Part shown: piece after piece, positions 61,586 through 64,000 of the stretch
How the letters are laid out: every line of letters starts with the position of its first letter
Position numbering within the stretch: the stretch's first letter is position 1
Origin: a phage
Strand: one strand, 5' to 3'
Sequence record: PZ445489.1
Length of the DNA stretch: 64,000 bases
Notes under the pieces: model-generated
The model's input: the letters and a program-made list of their open reading frames with translations, nothing else
Database searches by the model: none
Told to the model about the DNA's origin: nothing
Made by a program: the position numbers and the translations under genes

Positions 61586-63508
61586 ATGAGTTTTTTCGCT
61601 GGCAAGCTAAATAACAAATCTATACTCTCTCTACGCAGGGGTAGTGGCGGAGATACTAATCAACATATTAATCCTGACTCTCAGACCATATTCCATTCAG
61701 ATATGCCCCATGTTATCATAACAGAAACTCACTCCACAGGGTTGAGGCTAGATCAAGGTGCTGGAGATTACTACTGGTCTGATATGCCTAGCAGAATTAC
61801 CCAGTTACATAATAATGATCCTAATAGGGTTGTGCTGACAGAGATTGAGTTCTCAGATGGCTCTAGACATATGCTATCTGGCATGTCTATGGGGGTAGGA
61901 GCTAAAGCGTATGGAATTATAAATCCGCAGGTCATGTCTCAAGGTGGTTTAAAAACACAAATAACAGCTAGTGCTGATCTATCTCTTGATGTAGGCTATT
62001 TTAATAGTGGTACTAGCGGTACGATCCCCCAGAAGCTTAGAGATGGTACTGGATGTCAGCATATGTTTGGAGCCTTTAGTGGGCGTAGAGGATTTGCATC
62101 TAGTGCAATGTACTTAGGCGGTGCCGCTCTTTACAAATCTGCCTGGGATGGTTCAGGATATGTAGTGCCGGATTCAGGAACTCTAACTATCCCTAGCGAC
62201 TACGTTAGGCATCCAGGAGCTAGAAACTTTGGATTTAACGCCATATATGTTCGTGGTAGGTCTTGTAATAGAGTTCTTTATGGTATGGAAGGGCCCAACT
62301 ACACCACTGCTGGAGCTGTACATGGGGCGTCGAGTTCAGGGGCTCTTAACTTTATGTCTAATCCTAGCAATCCCTCGGCTCCTAAGTACTCTGTAGGTTT
62401 CGCACGTGCTGATCCCACTAACTATGCGTATTGGGAAAGTATGGGTGATCCGAATGATGCTGCTAATGGGCCCATAGGTATATATAGTGAGCACCTCGGT
62501 ATTTATCCATCTAAAATTACCTGGTATGTTACTAACTTAGTGTATAATGGTTCAGGTTATAGTATTGATGCTGGATTATTTACAGGTAATGATATAAAAT
62601 TAAGCCCCACTGAATTTATTATTAAAGGTATTAACGTTAATAATACATCTTGGAAGTTTATCAACTTTGTTGAGAAAAACTTTAATGTAGGGAGCAGAGC
62701 TGATTTTCGTGATGTTGGGTGTAACTTGAGTATGGGTGGCCCCTCTACTGGGATCTCTGGCATAGCAACATTTGGACTACCAACCACAGAAAGCAATAAC
62801 GCACCAAGTATTAAGGGTGGTAACGTTGGTGGTTTAAATACTAATGTAGTTAGTATTTATAACTTTTTACCTTCAGCATCTTGGTATGTTTCTAGTAATC
62901 CTCCAAAAATAGGGAGTAATTATGGGGACGTTTGGAGTGAAAATCTTCTACCTTTAAGACTTCTAGGTGGTAGCGGAAGTACTGTACTATCTGGTAACAT
63001 AGTATTTCAGGGTAATGGTTCCGTGCATGTTGGTACCGTGGGACTAGATCTTAATAGTAGTAGAAATGGTGCAATTGTATGTACTATGGAGTTCCTAGAT
63101 GACACATGGTTGTCTGCAGGAGGTATTGGCTGCTTTAATCCTACGGAAATGCTATCTAAAGGCGCTGAATATGGCGATAGTAGGTTTAGAATGGGTGGCA
63201 ATACTATTGATAAAAAACTTCACCAAATATTGTCCCTACCTGCAGGAGAATATGTACCATTTTTTACTATTAAAGGTACTGTAGTAAATGCTTGTAAATT
63301 ACAGGCTGCTGGGTATACTCCAACTCCGTACTGGGTATCTGGGTTGCCAGGATCCGTAGGTCAAACGGGTTACTATACTCTAACATACTATATGAGAAAT
63401 GATGGAAATAATAATATCTCTATTTGGTTAGAATCCTCTATGAGCAATATAATTGGCATGAAAGCATGCTTACCAAATATTAAACTTATAATTCAACGCC
63501 TTACCTAA
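61586..63508 (+). CDS. oad: receptor-binding tail protein pb5-like
   Basis: 640 aa, the size of T5 pb5 as I recall it; Gly/Ser/Asn-rich; adjacent and divergent to llp-like gene. Confidence 0.65.
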   Translation: MSFFAGKLNNKSILSLRRGSGGDTNQHINPDSQTIFHSDMPHVIITETHSTGLRLDQGAGDYYWSDMPSRITQLHNNDPNRVVLTEIEFSDGSRHMLSGMSMGVGAKAYGIINPQVMSQGGLKTQITASADLSLDVGYFNSGTSGTIPQKLRDGTGCQHMFGAFSGRRGFASSAMYLGGAALYKSAWDGSGYVVPDSGTLTIPSDYVRHPGARNFGFNAIYVRGRSCNRVLYGMEGPNYTTAGAVHGASSSGALNFMSNPSNPSAPKYSVGFARADPTNYAYWESMGDPNDAANGPIGIYSEHLGIYPSKITWYVTNLVYNGSGYSIDAGLFTGNDIKLSPTEFIIKGINVNNTSWKFINFVEKNFNVGSRADFRDVGCNLSMGGPSTGISGIATFGLPTTESNNAPSIKGGNVGGLNTNVVSIYNFLPSASWYVSSNPPKIGSNYGDVWSENLLPLRLLGGSGSTVLSGNIVFQGNGSVHVGTVGLDLNSSRNGAIVCTMEFLDDTWLSAGGIGCFNPTEMLSKGAEYGDSRFRMGGNTIDKKLHQILSLPAGEYVPFFTIKGTVVNACKLQAAGYTPTPYWVSGLPGSVGQTGYYTLTYYMRNDGNNNISIWLESSMSNIIGMKACLPNIKLIIQRLT

Positions 63509-63518
63509 AGGAGGAAAT

Positions 63519-64000
63519 ATGGCAAATGATGTATTAGTACCAGATCTTATGTCCCCTGAAGGGATGGATGTAATTGAAGCTTATTTACAGTGCGGCAGCG
63601 ATGTGCCTTCTGCCGCACGTAGTCTTGGAATGTCCGAAATTGCTTTCCGAGATATTATGAATCGTAGTGAGGTTAAGAACTACTTAAATGGTATTTTTAT
63701 GGAGAGTGGTTTCCGTAATAGGGATCGTTTATTTGGTGTTCTGGATGAAGTTATTAAGCGTAAGCTGGAGGAACTAGAAGAAACTGGCATGGGTTCTGAC
63801 CAGGATATTATGGATATTCTCTGGAAAGCACACAAAATGAAGATGGAAGAAATGAAGATGATGGTGGAGTTAGAAAAAGCTAAAGCTGCCATCCGAGCTC
63901 CTGCTAATCAGACTAATATCCAGAATAACATTATTGCTGGAGCCGGGGATCAAAACTACATGGATTTAATTACTTCCCTAGCTACTGGAGGTAAGAAGTA
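63519..64000 (+). CDS. late-region protein with HTH-like N-terminus, possibly terminase small subunit; 3' end beyond window
   Basis: Open frame from ATG 63519 to window end; RBS AGGAGG; [16 protein letters not shown] helix-turn-helix-like segment. Confidence 0.35.
   Translation, partial: MANDVLVPDLMSPEGMDVIEAYLQCGSDVPSAARSLGMSEIAFRDIMNRSEVKNYLNGIFMESGFRNRDRLFGVLDEVIKRKLEELEETGMGSDQDIMDILWKAHKMKMEEMKMMVELEKAKAAIRAPANQTNIQNNIIAGAGDQNYMDLITSLATGGKK

Overview
The window reads as one contiguous stretch of a T5-like (Tequintavirus-like) siphophage genome, oriented opposite to the conventional T5 map. All calls are from motifs read by eye and recalled knowledge of phage T5; no database search or folding program was run. 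(1) 1-49.7 kb, early region: nearly all genes sit on the + strand behind 27 copies of the T5-type strong sigma70 promoter (A-rich upstream, TTGCTT/TTGCTA, 17-nt spacer, TATAAT, conserved ATAAATTGA leader). It holds a nucleotide-metabolism block (nrdD on the minus strand, phoH, nrdA, HNH endonuclease, nrdB, frd, thyA, rnhA), a Sir2-like/HAD-like leftward operon, a GrcA-like glycyl-radical protein, dNMP kinase, ClpP-like protease, holin/endolysin, two metallophosphatases, and a dispersed tRNA cluster. I folded 27 tRNA genes by hand (20.0-32.2 kb; coordinates +/-3 nt) and found several ORF-free structured stretches I cannot explain. (2) 49.7-61.2 kb: no T5-type promoters, higher GC, iteron-like direct repeats, palindromic operator-like boxes, DnaA-box clusters, inverted repeats, a leftward operon of small genes and a rightward A2-like/A1-like/dmp-like set. 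I read this as the pre-early (first-step-transfer) terminal-repeat region, possibly collapsed in assembly. (3) 61.2-64 kb: llp-like lipoprotein and a 640-aa pb5-like receptor-binding protein, the start of the late region. No CRISPR array, rRNA or integrase was seen. I found no single obviously novel system; the best candidates for unexplored biology are the inverted-repeat-bounded pre-early small-gene operon, the leftward membrane/Q-rich/Cys-rich module at 21.2-22.9 kb, the Sir2-like operon, and the non-tRNA structured RNAs inside the tRNA cluster.
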